Positions 19,845 through 29,884 of a stretch of 64,000 bases of DNA are shown here, in pieces. The notes below the pieces were generated by a model, which ran no database searches, had not been told where the DNA came from, and saw nothing but the letters and a program-made list of their open reading frames with translations. The DNA is from Patescibacteria group bacterium (GTDB taxonomy: Bacteria > Patescibacteriota > Patescibacteriia > Magasanikbacterales > GWA2-37-8): NCBI GenBank assembly GCA_041651015.1, contig JBAZKA010000001.1:205158-269157 (forward strand), read 5' to 3'. A program made the position numbers and the translations under genes. Position 1 is the stretch's first letter, and each line of letters begins with the position of its first letter.

Positions 19845-20120
19845 ATGGAAGCTCTACGTACGGCGCGCCATCCAATTGGCGACGCGGGAAAAGGATTGCC
19901 GAAAGCGAAAGAAAAGATAACAGTGGTTGAGGTGCCCTTCTATGTTTACACGTTTGGATTTCGTGAGTGTATAAGTAAATTGGCGCTTGGTTTGATGGCG
20001 TTGTGCAGTAGTCAACCGGACCATCCAAATGTTTTCTTCATATACGGCGAGTTTACCGAGGAACAAGTCAACGCTGCTCTGGGATATCACTGTGTGTCGT
20101 GCAGAGTGATTGAAAGATAG
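19845..20120 (+). CDS. hypothetical protein (about 91 aa)
   Basis: AAGGAGG RBS 6 nt upstream of the internal ATG (MEALRTARHP...); the ORF track starts at 19797. GC-richer than the flanks, and followed by a C9 tract and a terminator. Confidence 0.3.
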   Translation: MEALRTARHPIGDAGKGLPKAKEKITVVEVPFYVYTFGFRECISKLALGLMALCSSQPDHPNVFFIYGEFTEEQVNAALGYHCVSCRVIER

Positions 20121-20182
20121 TTGACACGAGACAATTTCGCCCCCCCCCACACCTGTCCTTTGCGGTTCTTCAATAGCGGCGC

Positions 20183-20212
20183 CTCGCACGTTTGTAAGTG
20201 CGGGGTTTTTTT
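20183..20212 (+). terminator. intrinsic terminator (CTCGCAC...GTGCGGG + T7)
   Basis: Short GC stem followed by TTTTTTT. Confidence 0.4.
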
Positions 20213-20222
20213 ATTTTTATTC

Positions 20223-20251
20223 TTGATTTATCTCGCATATTTTGCTAATAT
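20223..20251 (+). promoter_or_regulatory. sigma70-like promoter TTGATT-N17-TAATAT
   Basis: Good -35 and -10 elements, 12 nt upstream of the tagA-like start. Confidence 0.45.
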
Positions 20252-20263
20252 ATATCAGTCAAA

Positions 20264-21016
20264 ATGATTATGAATACAAAAAATGTCCTTGGAATAAAAA
20301 TCAGTAATGTTGAGTTGCACGAAGCAAACGAAATCGCTCGACAATTTTTGTATTCAACAAATCAACATAAAATTTTCACTCCCAATCCCGAGATGCTGGT
20401 CAAGGCGCATAAGGATGAATATTTCAAAACCGTATTAAACGCGGGTGATTTGAATTTATGTGATGGTTTTGGTTTGCGAGTATTCTCCGGCGTCCCGCGC
20501 ATCCCGGGCGTCGATTTTATGTTGGAGCTTTGCGCCTTGGCGGAAAAAGAAAATAAAAGTATTTATTTGTTGGGGTCGGGGAGTGATGAAGTGATAAAAC
20601 AATGCGCCGAGGCATTGAATAAAAAATTTGTTCATCTAAAGATTGTCGGGCTTGATAGGGGACCGATTATTACCGAAAATGACAAATTTCCAATGTCAAA
20701 TTTCCAAAGTGCAGAGGATGGTGTTCTCCAAAAAATAAACGCCACTCATCCGGATATTCTATTTGTCGCCTTTGGCATGGGCAAACAAGAAAAATGGATT
20801 TATGAAAATCTGGCGAAAATGCTAGGCGTCAAAATAGCCATGGGCGTGGGCGGTTCGTTTGATTATATCGCCGGTACTGTGCCTCGCGCCCCTTTATTTT
20901 TGCGCAAAATTGGTTTAGAATGGATGTATAGATTATTTAGACAACCATGTCGTTTACGACGTATATTTAATGCTACGTTTAAATTTGTTTATCTTATTAT
21001 ATGTCATCGTTCGTAA
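20264..21016 (+). CDS. tagA: WecB/TagA/CpsF-family glycosyltransferase
   Basis: Family-typical blocks LNLCDGFGLRVFSG, GVGGSFDYIAGTVPRAP and EWMYRL. Confidence 0.7.
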   Translation: MIMNTKNVLGIKISNVELHEANEIARQFLYSTNQHKIFTPNPEMLVKAHKDEYFKTVLNAGDLNLCDGFGLRVFSGVPRIPGVDFMLELCALAEKENKSIYLLGSGSDEVIKQCAEALNKKFVHLKIVGLDRGPIITENDKFPMSNFQSAEDGVLQKINATHPDILFVAFGMGKQEKWIYENLAKMLGVKIAMGVGGSFDYIAGTVPRAPLFLRKIGLEWMYRLFRQPCRLRRIFNATFKFVYLIICHRS

Positions 21017-22479
21017 AAACCCGCTTTGCCCCAAGTCCCACCGGCTATCTTCATATCGGAGGTTTGCGCACCGCGCTCTATGCCTACCTAGTCGCCAAAC
21101 ACAATGACGGAAAGTTTGTTTTACGTATTGAGGATACTGATCGCGAACGTTTTGTGGCCGATGGCACAATGAATATTTTAAAGTCATTGTATTGGGCGGG
21201 AATTATCCCGGATGAGGGCGTGATGTTTAATGCGAATCAAAATATTATTCAAACAGGCGATTGTGGCGGTTCGTATATTCAATCCGAGCGATTGGATATT
21301 TACAAAAAACACGCTGATGAATTAGTGGCTAACGGCCACGCATATTATTGTTTTTGCGATTCTGCGCGTTTGGATGAATTACGCCAATTTCAACAGTTAA
21401 ATAAACTCCCGACCGGCTATGACGGCCATTGCCGGGATATTGATCCGGCTGAAGCCAAGAAACGGGTGCAAGCCGGTGAAAAGCACGTCATCCGCATGAA
21501 AATGCCCAAAGAAGGCGAAACAGTTTTTAACGATGAAATCAGAGGTGAAGTGCGGATCAAAAATGAACTGGTAGATGACCAGGTTATCGTGAAATCCGAT
21601 GGTTTTCCCACATATCATTTGGCGGTGGTGGTTGATGATCACGAAATGGAAATCTCTCACATTATTCGCGGTGAAGAATGGTTATCCAGCGTGCCCAAAC
21701 ACTTGCAGTTGTATAAATATTTTGGTTGGGATGCGCCTCGGATGGCGCATTTGCCCCTGCTTTTGAATTCAGATAAATCCAAGTTGAGCAAGCGCCAAGG
21801 TGATGTGGCTGTGATGGATTATGTAAAAAAAGGTTATCTTAAAGAAGCGGTTATTAATTTTATTGCGTTTCTTGGTTGGAATCCGGGCACGGAAAAAGAA
21901 ATATATTTCATGGATGAATTGATTAATGATTTTGATTTGAGCCATGTGGGAAAATCCGGCGCAGTATTTAATTTACAAAAATTGGACTGGTATAATAAAG
22001 AATATATAAAAAGCTTGCCACTTGTTGATTTGGTTGAAAGAGCTAAGCCGTTTTTTGCTGATCTGGGTATTCAATTAAACAAGAATGACGAAGAGCTCTC
22101 AAGAATTTTTGCGCTTGAGCGTGAACGTGTGACAACGTTGGCTGAATTACCGGAGGCTGTTAAATTTGTGTTTGAGTTGCCGAATTATGGCGCATCATTA
22201 TTGATATGGAAAAAAAGCTCGGTGGAAGAATTAAAAAATATTTTTTCTAAATTATCTGAATTGTTAAATAGTATTGATGAAAAAGATTGGACCAAACAAA
22301 ATCTGGAAATTAGAATAGGGGAGTGGATAAAGGAAAACAGCTATTCGGTGGGCTCGGTCATGTGGCCTTTGCGCGTGGCTTTGTCCGGCCAGGAAAATTC
22401 TCCGGGCCCGTTTGAGATCGCCGAAGTACTGGGTAAACAAGAATCAATGTCGCGAATAACAATCGCCATCAACAAATAA
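21001..22479 (+). CDS. gltX: glutamyl-tRNA synthetase
   Basis: HIGH region (TRFAPSPTGYLHIGGLRTAL) and KMSKS equivalent (KLSKRQG). Confidence 0.85.
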   Translation: MSSFVKTRFAPSPTGYLHIGGLRTALYAYLVAKHNDGKFVLRIEDTDRERFVADGTMNILKSLYWAGIIPDEGVMFNANQNIIQTGDCGGSYIQSERLDIYKKHADELVANGHAYYCFCDSARLDELRQFQQLNKLPTGYDGHCRDIDPAEAKKRVQAGEKHVIRMKMPKEGETVFNDEIRGEVRIKNELVDDQVIVKSDGFPTYHLAVVVDDHEMEISHIIRGEEWLSSVPKHLQLYKYFGWDAPRMAHLPLLLNSDKSKLSKRQGDVAVMDYVKKGYLKEAVINFIAFLGWNPGTEKEIYFMDELINDFDLSHVGKSGAVFNLQKLDWYNKEYIKSLPLVDLVERAKPFFADLGIQLNKNDEELSRIFALERERVTTLAELPEAVKFVFELPNYGASLLIWKKSSVEELKNIFSKLSELLNSIDEKDWTKQNLEIRIGEWIKENSYSVGSVMWPLRVALSGQENSPGPFEIAEVLGKQESMSRITIAINK

Positions 22480-22503
22480 TCAGTTCCGTGATATAATATA
22501 ATC

Positions 22504-23745
22504 ATGAAATTCAAAATTTTTATTTTGTTTTTTATAGTAATGGGTTTGGTTCTGTCCAATCCCAATTTTGCGTATTCGGAAAGTTCGGCCGTGGGCGGTA
22601 ATAAAGAAGAGATTGACGATCTAAATAAAAAAATTGCCAACCAAAAAGCGAAAATTAAAGAAATGGAAGAGACCATGGCTAAATATCAAAAAAGTATTAA
22701 TGCCACGAAATTGCAGGCCGTATCATTAAAAAATCAAATCAGCATCTTGAATAACCGGTTGGCTCAGACAGAATCCGAAGTGCAGATAACCGAAGGTAAA
22801 ATCAATGAAGCTAAAATGGAAATTGAAGCCTTGGAATTAAGCATTACCGATAAAGAAGCCATAATCAAAAAACAACAAATCATTATCGCTAAAATGGTGC
22901 GGAATATTTCGGCCGATGATCAAAAAAATTATTTGGAAATAATGTTGACCAGCAACAGCTTCGCGGATTTTTATAATCAAGTTAAATATTTGCAAAGCGT
23001 GTATTCTGATTTGGGGCAATCGGTCAAAAATTTGCGCTTGGCCAAAGATGATTTGAATTTTAAAAAAGCGCAGGTTGAAGGCAGGAAAAAAGTTTACGAA
23101 GACCTAAAAACCGAATTAGACAATAAAAAAATGGATTTGCAGGAACAGAACGGCACGAAGAATACTCTTCTGGTGCAAACAAAATCATCCGAGGCGCGCT
23201 ATCAAACCATGTTGAGTACTTTGCGCTCACAATATCAAGCGACGGAAAATGAAATCAGCGCTAATGAATCACTAATGCGTAAAAAATTGGCTGCTTTGGA
23301 AAAGAAAAATAATACCACCGAGGATACGGCCACCGGCGAATTAAGCTGGCCTGTGCCAAGCCATTACATTACCGCAGAATTCCACGATTCTTCCTATCCG
23401 TTTCGCAATGTGTTTGAACATAGTGGTATGGATATTCGAGCCTCACAAGGCACAGCGGTTCATGCCGCGGCCGCGGGTTATGTTGCCCGCGCCAAACGTT
23501 GTACTTTGGCCAGTTGCTATAGCTATGTTTTAATCGTTCATAATTCCGAGGTCTCCACGCTTTACGGCCATTTAAGTTCCATCAGTGTGGCAGACGATGG
23601 CTTTGTGGCTCGTGGTGATGTCATTGGTTATTCCGGAGGTACTCCCGGCACTGTTGGCGCTGGTCCGTTTGTCACCGGCCCACATTTGCATTTTGAGGTG
23701 CGCAAAAACGGCATTCCGGTCAATCCGGCGAGTTATTTGAATTAA
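22504..23745 (+). CDS. M23 family peptidase with N-terminal coiled coil (EnvC/NlpD-like murein hydrolase activator)
   Basis: Signal/TM at the N-terminus, a long coiled-coil region, and C-terminal LytM motifs GMDIRA...HLHFEVRKNG. Confidence 0.7.
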   Translation: MKFKIFILFFIVMGLVLSNPNFAYSESSAVGGNKEEIDDLNKKIANQKAKIKEMEETMAKYQKSINATKLQAVSLKNQISILNNRLAQTESEVQITEGKINEAKMEIEALELSITDKEAIIKKQQIIIAKMVRNISADDQKNYLEIMLTSNSFADFYNQVKYLQSVYSDLGQSVKNLRLAKDDLNFKKAQVEGRKKVYEDLKTELDNKKMDLQEQNGTKNTLLVQTKSSEARYQTMLSTLRSQYQATENEISANESLMRKKLAALEKKNNTTEDTATGELSWPVPSHYITAEFHDSSYPFRNVFEHSGMDIRASQGTAVHAAAAGYVARAKRCTLASCYSYVLIVHNSEVSTLYGHLSSISVADDGFVARGDVIGYSGGTPGTVGAGPFVTGPHLHFEVRKNGIPVNPASYLN

Positions 23746-23766
23746 AAAAATATATGATGTTAGTTA

Positions 23767-23797
23767 AAATAATCGCCGTATAGGCGATTATTTTTTT
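23767..23797 (+). terminator. intrinsic terminator (11-bp stem AAATAATCGCC/GGCGATTATTT, loop GTATA, T7)
   Basis: Perfect hairpin plus T-run immediately after the M23 gene. It overlaps the stop codon of the convergent xer gene. Confidence 0.6.
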
Positions 23798-24750
23798 CCA
23801 CTGTGAAATTTTCGATGAATCTCCCGAAGTTGGGGGTTCGTGACGTGCGTGTAAATTTGCGTGGTGACTATATTTTTATGTCCGAGCATTTCTTGCACTG
23901 AGCGCATGTCCGCGCCTTGTTCCAACAAATCAGTGGCAAAACTGTGGCGCAAAGTATGTGGCGTGGCTTCTACAGGCAGTCCTGCCATAGTCGCATATTT
24001 TTTTACCAATCGTTCAATTGAGCGCGGTGTTAAACGATGTTCATCGTCGTTTTTATCCGGCCGGTAATTAATAAATAGGGGAGGGCACATGTCATTTCTG
24101 GTCTTAAGGTATTTACCAAGCCAGCTTAAAGCTTGTTTAGAAAAATATACTGTCCGCGCTGAACCGCCCTTGCCATGAATGGTAATTTCCAAATCATTAA
24201 TTTTATTTTCAACAATATTTCTAATATTGAAGAGGCGTATATTAAGCGACGTTAACTCTGAGACGCGTGTGCCGGTGGAGAATAGGACTTCCAGTATAGC
24301 CCGATCTCGCAGGCCTTCGGGCGTGGACAAATCAGGCATGCTCATCAGTTTTTCCACTTGTTCAAAATTAAGGAATTTAATTTTTTTGTCTTTGTCTGTA
24401 AGTTTGGGTAAAGAAATTTTATCTGCCGGTAGTGAAATGATATCTTTGGCTGCAAAATATGACACCAGATTGCGCAAAGCGATCAGATAATAGTTCTGAG
24501 TGGTCTTTTTTATGTATTGGCCCTTGGAATCACACCGACGTGATAGATATAAACGATAGTTCCAAATATGGTCCGGAGTGAGCTCGTGAGGCTTAAGCCC
24601 GGATAATTTGCCGTCATTTAACCAATTCACAAACATCTTAAGGAAGTTGTGATAGTTGCGCGTAGACACAGGACTTAAACCTTTTTCAATCTCACAATAT
24701 GCGAGAAAGTCCGGAATGTGCTTTATAATTGGTTTAGTTGACTGGTTCAT
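23788..24750 (-). CDS. xerD: tyrosine site-specific recombinase (XerC/XerD family)
   Basis: C-terminal catalytic signature ...TPHTLRHSFATDLLEQGADMRSVQEMLGHKNIVTTQIYTHV with R..HxxR..Y, plus an N-terminal SAM-like core-binding domain. The likely ATG is at 24750; the ORF track has TTG at 24768. Confidence 0.75.
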   Translation of the reverse strand: MNQSTKPIIKHIPDFLAYCEIEKGLSPVSTRNYHNFLKMFVNWLNDGKLSGLKPHELTPDHIWNYRLYLSRRCDSKGQYIKKTTQNYYLIALRNLVSYFAAKDIISLPADKISLPKLTDKDKKIKFLNFEQVEKLMSMPDLSTPEGLRDRAILEVLFSTGTRVSELTSLNIRLFNIRNIVENKINDLEITIHGKGGSARTVYFSKQALSWLGKYLKTRNDMCPPLFINYRPDKNDDEHRLTPRSIERLVKKYATMAGLPVEATPHTLRHSFATDLLEQGADMRSVQEMLGHKNIVTTQIYTHVTNPQLREIHRKFHSGKK

Positions 24751-24773
24751 AGAGATATAATTCGGCAAATATG

Positions 24774-24817
24774 GTTGCGGTTAAGCGGTGTCATTGGTTA
24801 CATCGCTTAACCGCAAC
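24774..24817. repeat. perfect 14-bp inverted repeat GTTGCGGTTAAGCG-N16-CGCTTAACCGCAAC
   Basis: Read directly; lies between the xer start and the FtsQ-like gene end. Confidence 0.6.
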
Positions 24818-24818
24818 G

Positions 24819-24847
24819 GATTAAACGACCCGCAAGGTCGTTTAATC
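24819..24847. repeat. perfect 12-bp inverted repeat GATTAAACGACC-CGCAA-GGTCGTTTAATC (29 bp)
   Basis: Read directly; lies 1 nt after the first hairpin. Confidence 0.6.
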
Positions 24848-24909
24848 TATGTTATACGACGTTAGATATATCATAATACCTATATATACTTCTGTCAAAC
24901 TTACGCCCC

Positions 24910-26001
24910 CTACTTCCAAAACACCCTCTCTTTAAATCGCAAGTCAATGTACTCGGTCGGTTTAACCTCCGGGTTGGCTAAAATTGTTTTTAGATTTTGA
25001 ATTTGTTCCGGCATGTCATTGGTCGGCTGGACTAAAATGTTCCAAGGCTGTGACAATACCGCGGTTATGCCGGCCGTGGGGTTATTTGAGGTGAAATAGT
25101 TTACATCCCCCACTCCGTTTTCCTTCAAGGCCTGTTTCCATTCAATGATACTCTTGATTAACTCGGCCGGTAGTACATTAATTTGTTTATCATGAACATT
25201 TAATTCGCGCGCGTCATAAAAAATTGGCATGTCGTAATATTCTCCGAAAAATTTAATATATGCCGGTTTGTGCGTGTTTGTGGCCGTAAAAAGAGTCGTG
25301 GTTGCCATGATTTGAGGTGAAGTAGTGCTAGTTATCAAGTCCGGACTGATTATTTGACTGGTTGTGGTGCTGGTTACATCTAAAACCGGACTCGCAGGCG
25401 ATGTTTCTTGGTCAAGAGTGATCGTCTTTACCACCGTCCCCTCGCCATCCAGTAAAAAGTAATTTTGACCGTTATCATAAATAATTGAAGTAATTTTTTC
25501 CTCAATATTTATCTGTATTTCGTGAGAAAATATTTTTTTTATTTCAACTTTATTTACCGCGTATTTGCTGGTAATATCAGAGGAAATTATATTGGCATTA
25601 ATCAAAAAATAGTTATTCTTGGGCCACCAACTATGCGCTATGTATCTATCATGGATGTAATTATTGATTTCTGATTGATTTAACAATCTTAGGCCATTGA
25701 TCGTCACGGTGTTTATTTGAAAAAAAGGCAAATAAAGCATGAGGCCAAGCCAAGCGGTCGGTATGGCAATTAACAAAACAATTGTTATTGATTTCTTCCA
25801 GTTCACTTTGTGCCCGACGTGAGAGGGTATCCGAAAATTTGAATTTCGGCGCGCAAACATGGTTGGACGCTCATTCTTTTGGAACGACGGCTGAGCGCCT
25901 GTTGTGTCGGTTCTAGTTTTGAATAAACTAAACAAACCACGTCGCTTCTTTTGCGGTTTAAATTTATTTAGATCAACGCATGACTTGGAAAACCTGTCCA
26001 T
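24910..26001 (-). CDS. ftsQ: cell division protein FtsQ/DivIB-like (POTRA domain)
   Basis: Single TM (ITIVLLIAIPTAWLGLMLYL) followed by a POTRA-like segment (FQINTVTINGLRLLNQSEI). Confidence 0.5.
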   Translation of the reverse strand: MDRFSKSCVDLNKFKPQKKRRGLFSLFKTRTDTTGAQPSFQKNERPTMFARRNSNFRIPSHVGHKVNWKKSITIVLLIAIPTAWLGLMLYLPFFQINTVTINGLRLLNQSEINNYIHDRYIAHSWWPKNNYFLINANIISSDITSKYAVNKVEIKKIFSHEIQINIEEKITSIIYDNGQNYFLLDGEGTVVKTITLDQETSPASPVLDVTSTTTSQIISPDLITSTTSPQIMATTTLFTATNTHKPAYIKFFGEYYDMPIFYDARELNVHDKQINVLPAELIKSIIEWKQALKENGVGDVNYFTSNNPTAGITAVLSQPWNILVQPTNDMPEQIQNLKTILANPEVKPTEYIDLRFKERVFWK

Positions 26002-26003
26002 GT

Positions 26004-27119
26004 CTAGATTATTTTTCGCAGAATTAAAGGGTTGATGCGATCCACGATTTCATAGTTAATAGTACCGGCAAAATCGGCTAGGTTATCAGCGGAAATTGAA
26101 TTGGATTTTTGTCTCCCGATTAATACTGCCCCATCCCCGGCCTTGACGTTTTTTACCGCTGACACGTCGGCCATGCAGATATTCATGCAAATACGTCCGC
26201 GAATGGGACACTTTTTGCCACCGATTAAAACAAAGGATTTATTAGAGAGTCCACGGTCATAGCCATCCCAATATCCGACCGGCAGTACGGCAATTTTTGT
26301 CGTTCGTTTGGTGGTGAAAGAGCCGCCGTATCCGATCTTGGTCCACGCCGGTAGTGTACGCACCTGAATAATTTTTGTGTGCCACGATAGTGCCGGCTGT
26401 AATTTAATTATTTTTTTACTTAGATCATCAGGGTATAATCCATACAAGCTAAGACCTAAACGCACGCCATTTAAAAGACTTTTTTTATAAAGTACGCTCG
26501 CTGATGAACAAGCAAAGTGCTTAATCGGAATATGATATCCCCGCTTCTCTAAATCAGAAATAATTTTTTCAAATGAACTCATTTGGTGTTCGGTAAAGAT
26601 TCTGTCCTCCTCACTCGCGGCAAAATGGCTGAATAATCCTTCAATCTCAAGATGTGAAAATTTATTTATTTTTTCTAAAAAGGGTAATATTTCCTTGGGT
26701 AATAGTCCGACTCGCGAGGCACCGGTGTCCACCTTTATATGTACTTTGATTTTTTTGCCTGCCCTCTCCCCTATTTTATTCAGGAAAATGGCTTGTTTTA
26801 GCGAAAAAAGCGGGAAAATCACACCTTTTTTGGCTAATTTTAGCGTCTTTTCGGTCTTGTCCAGCTCGTAAAAGGTCAAAATTTGCACTGGCTTGCGTAT
26901 TTTGTTTTCAGTGAGTGTGAATGCCTCGTCGTCGTTTACGACGCACATACGGTCAACCTGGGGTGATTTATCGCATATTTTAGCCACTTCCAAAAAGCCA
27001 TGCCCATAGGCATTGGCTTTAACCACCGGCATCAAAAGTCGGTCAGAACCTATAAGTTTTCGGAATTGCCGGAGGTTGAATTCAATGGCTTCTTTGTCCA
27101 CTTCCACCCAAGTGAGCAT
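26004..27119 (-). CDS. alr: alanine racemase
   Basis: PLP-lysine motif PVVKANAYGHG near the N-terminus; 371 aa. Confidence 0.85.
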   Translation of the reverse strand: MLTWVEVDKEAIEFNLRQFRKLIGSDRLLMPVVKANAYGHGFLEVAKICDKSPQVDRMCVVNDDEAFTLTENKIRKPVQILTFYELDKTEKTLKLAKKGVIFPLFSLKQAIFLNKIGERAGKKIKVHIKVDTGASRVGLLPKEILPFLEKINKFSHLEIEGLFSHFAASEEDRIFTEHQMSSFEKIISDLEKRGYHIPIKHFACSSASVLYKKSLLNGVRLGLSLYGLYPDDLSKKIIKLQPALSWHTKIIQVRTLPAWTKIGYGGSFTTKRTTKIAVLPVGYWDGYDRGLSNKSFVLIGGKKCPIRGRICMNICMADVSAVKNVKAGDGAVLIGRQKSNSISADNLADFAGTINYEIVDRINPLILRKII

Positions 27120-27122
27120 AAA

Positions 27123-28376
27123 TTAAATCTTATCCAGTCCGCAATATTTTTTTAACACTTTCGGTACTGCAATAGTTCCGTCAGCCTGTTGAAAATTTTC
27201 CGCGATAACAATGGGAAAACGCGATGTCACCACGGCAGTGCCGTTCAAAGTGTGAACGTATTCCAGCGAACCGTCATCTTTGCGATATTTGATGTTTAAT
27301 CTGCGCGCTTGATAATCCGTACAATTACTGCAAGATGTTATCTCGCCGTAGTCGCCCTGCTTATTACCACCAGCCTTCATTGTCATCCAGGCTTCAATGT
27401 CGTATTTACGATAAGCCGGGCCGCCCAAATCACCTGACGCGATATCAATCACGTGGTATGGAATTTCCAGGCCATCCACAATTTCTTTCTCAATTTCCAA
27501 AATTTCCTGATGTTGTTTTTCACTGTCTTCGGGTTTACAAAAAACAAACATTTCTAATTTAGTAAATTGATGCACGCGATAAAGACCCTTGCTGGTTCGG
27601 CCATAAGCGCCGGCCTCGGTGCGGTAACAATGCGATAAGGCTACATACTTCATCGGACCTTTGGATAAATCCAGGACTTCGTTTGCGTGATAGCCCCCGA
27701 TTGTAATTTCCGCCGTACCGATTAAACTTAAGTCGGAGTTTTCTATGGAATAAACTTGAGTTTCATCACCGCGCGGATTGAAACCAATCCCGCTCAAAAT
27801 TTCGTCTTTAGCCATGTCCGGTGTTTCCATAAGGGTAAAGCCGTGTTGGGTCGCGATATCTATGGCATAATTAAGCAAAGCCATATTCACCCGCACCAAA
27901 TTATTTTTGAAATAATAAAATTTGGAAGCGGTTACTTTGGCGGCGCGCTCAAAATCCACCAAATCATTTTTAATCAGTAGTTCCTCGTGATCTTTTGGCG
28001 AAAAATCAAATTCTTTTGGTTCAAAATTTTTGTAAATAACTTTAAAATTATCTTCGCCTCCGATTGGACTATCCGGGTGCGTCAAGTTCGGAACCTGTAT
28101 AAGTAGTTCCTTATATGCGGTTTCCACCGCTCCCTGCTGAATTTCAAATTTTTTTATATTTTCTCCCACTTCGCGCATCTTTGCAATTTCATCATCGGTT
28201 GGTTTGCCTTTGGATTTTTGATTTCTTTCGGCGCGTAAATTTTCAATTTTTACAAGATTAGCTCGGCGCTCTTCATCCAATTCCAATAATTTATCAATAT
28301 CAATTTTGACATTGCGATTTTTGCAGTTTGTTTTGACCAACTCAACATTTTCTCGGATAAATTTAATATCTAACAT
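27123..28376 (-). CDS. serS: seryl-tRNA synthetase
   Basis: N-terminal coiled-coil arm (MLDIKFIREN...) followed by class II motifs (FRTEAGAYGR..., GTAVVTSR). Confidence 0.85.
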   Translation of the reverse strand: MLDIKFIRENVELVKTNCKNRNVKIDIDKLLELDEERRANLVKIENLRAERNQKSKGKPTDDEIAKMREVGENIKKFEIQQGAVETAYKELLIQVPNLTHPDSPIGGEDNFKVIYKNFEPKEFDFSPKDHEELLIKNDLVDFERAAKVTASKFYYFKNNLVRVNMALLNYAIDIATQHGFTLMETPDMAKDEILSGIGFNPRGDETQVYSIENSDLSLIGTAEITIGGYHANEVLDLSKGPMKYVALSHCYRTEAGAYGRTSKGLYRVHQFTKLEMFVFCKPEDSEKQHQEILEIEKEIVDGLEIPYHVIDIASGDLGGPAYRKYDIEAWMTMKAGGNKQGDYGEITSCSNCTDYQARRLNIKYRKDDGSLEYVHTLNGTAVVTSRFPIVIAENFQQADGTIAVPKVLKKYCGLDKI

Positions 28377-28388
28377 AGAGTAAAATAA

Positions 28389-29858
28389 TTATTCATTATT
28401 TTCCGGCTTCAGTGTCGGGAATAAAATTACTTCTTTTAAATTATCCGCGTTCGTGAGAAGTTTGACTAGACGGTCAATTCCCATGCCAAGACCTGTGGTC
28501 GGAGGCATACCGTGTTTAAGCGCGGTGATAAAGTCCTCGTCGTAGCGCATCCCCTCTTCGTCTCCAAGCTCGCGTAATTTTTCTTGTTCTTTAAAACGCG
28601 CTTCCTGGTCCAATGGATCGTTAAGCTCGGAAAAAGCGTTGCACAGTTCATTACCGCCGACGCATAAAAGTTGGAATCTCTCGGCGTATCGCGGATCATC
28701 TGACTTACGCTTGGCCAAAGGCGATAATTCAATCGGGTGGTCAATCATAAATATCGGATTGATAATTTTCGGTCGGGCATGTGTTTTATAGATTTCATCA
28801 ATTAGTTTTCCTCGGCCGGTGTTTTTATCAATACCTTCTACTTTTAACTCAACGGCTTTTTTGTACATTGACGCTTGGTCCGGGCATGATTCAATATCAA
28901 AATCAGCGTATTCTTGAATTAAATCACGCATAGATTTGCGCGGATAAGGTCCGGTAAAATCTACTTCGTAGCCAAGAGTTTCAAATTTTAACGGCAAACC
29001 CGCGGCTTTGATTAATTTTGGCAGTAAATCTTCCACCAAATTCATGGAGTCGTTATAATCAGCGTAAGCCCAATAGTATTCAATTTGAGTAAATTCTGGA
29101 TTATGATTGTTATCAATACCTTCGTTGCGAAAACATTTGGCTACTTCGTATACTTTTTCAAATCCGCCGACAATAAGGCGCTTCAGATATAATTCCGGCG
29201 CGATGCGTAAATATAAATCCGCGTTTAAGGCATTATGATGCGTAGTAAAAGGCGCGGCATTGGCTCCGCCGTAAAGCGATTGTAAAATCGGAGTTTCCAC
29301 CTCAAAAAATCCCAAAGCGTCAAAGTAGTTTCTGATTTCTTTTACCAACACACTACGTAAAGTGGCGATTTTCATGGATTCCTCGTTGGCGAGTAAATCC
29401 AAATATCTTTGGCGGTAGCGAACCTCCACATTTGATAAGCCATGAAATTTTTCCGGCAACGGCAAAAGAGATTTTGAAAGTAGAGTGTATTTACGGACTA
29501 AAACGGAAATTTCCCCTTTGTGTGTGACAAACATTTCACCTTCAATCTGCACGAAATCTCCTAAATCAAAATTTTTAACAAAAAATTTGTAAGCATCTTT
29601 GCCTAATTCTTTTTCCGATAAAGCTGTTTGTAATTTGCCGGAAAAATCCTTGAGATGAGCAAAACAGAGCTTGCCCATATCACGCAAAGAAACCAAACGG
29701 CCGGCGATAATAACTTTTGTATTTTCGGGAGTTTTTTTAGCTTCTTCCAAAGTCAACGTTCTTTCGGATTTTGCCGGATATGGGTTCATGCCGTTCTCAC
29801 GTAAAATTCGCAAACGTTCCGTACGCGTTTGCTCTTCATCTAAAATTTCATCAGACAT
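28389..29858 (-). CDS. lysS: lysyl-tRNA synthetase (class II)
   Basis: OB-fold N-domain, then RYRQRYLDL and class II motifs FRNEG and GLGMGIDRL. Confidence 0.85.
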   Translation of the reverse strand: MSDEILDEEQTRTERLRILRENGMNPYPAKSERTLTLEEAKKTPENTKVIIAGRLVSLRDMGKLCFAHLKDFSGKLQTALSEKELGKDAYKFFVKNFDLGDFVQIEGEMFVTHKGEISVLVRKYTLLSKSLLPLPEKFHGLSNVEVRYRQRYLDLLANEESMKIATLRSVLVKEIRNYFDALGFFEVETPILQSLYGGANAAPFTTHHNALNADLYLRIAPELYLKRLIVGGFEKVYEVAKCFRNEGIDNNHNPEFTQIEYYWAYADYNDSMNLVEDLLPKLIKAAGLPLKFETLGYEVDFTGPYPRKSMRDLIQEYADFDIESCPDQASMYKKAVELKVEGIDKNTGRGKLIDEIYKTHARPKIINPIFMIDHPIELSPLAKRKSDDPRYAERFQLLCVGGNELCNAFSELNDPLDQEARFKEQEKLRELGDEEGMRYDEDFITALKHGMPPTTGLGMGIDRLVKLLTNADNLKEVILFPTLKPENNE

Positions 29859-29884
29859 ATTCAGTGATTATTTTTTTGAAAAAA

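Noticed and set aside
24774-24847. Hairpin pair as a CRISPR-like or tRNA-like feature
   Set aside because: There is only one copy of each arm pair and no spacer-repeat periodicity. No cloverleaf or conserved tRNA boxes are present.
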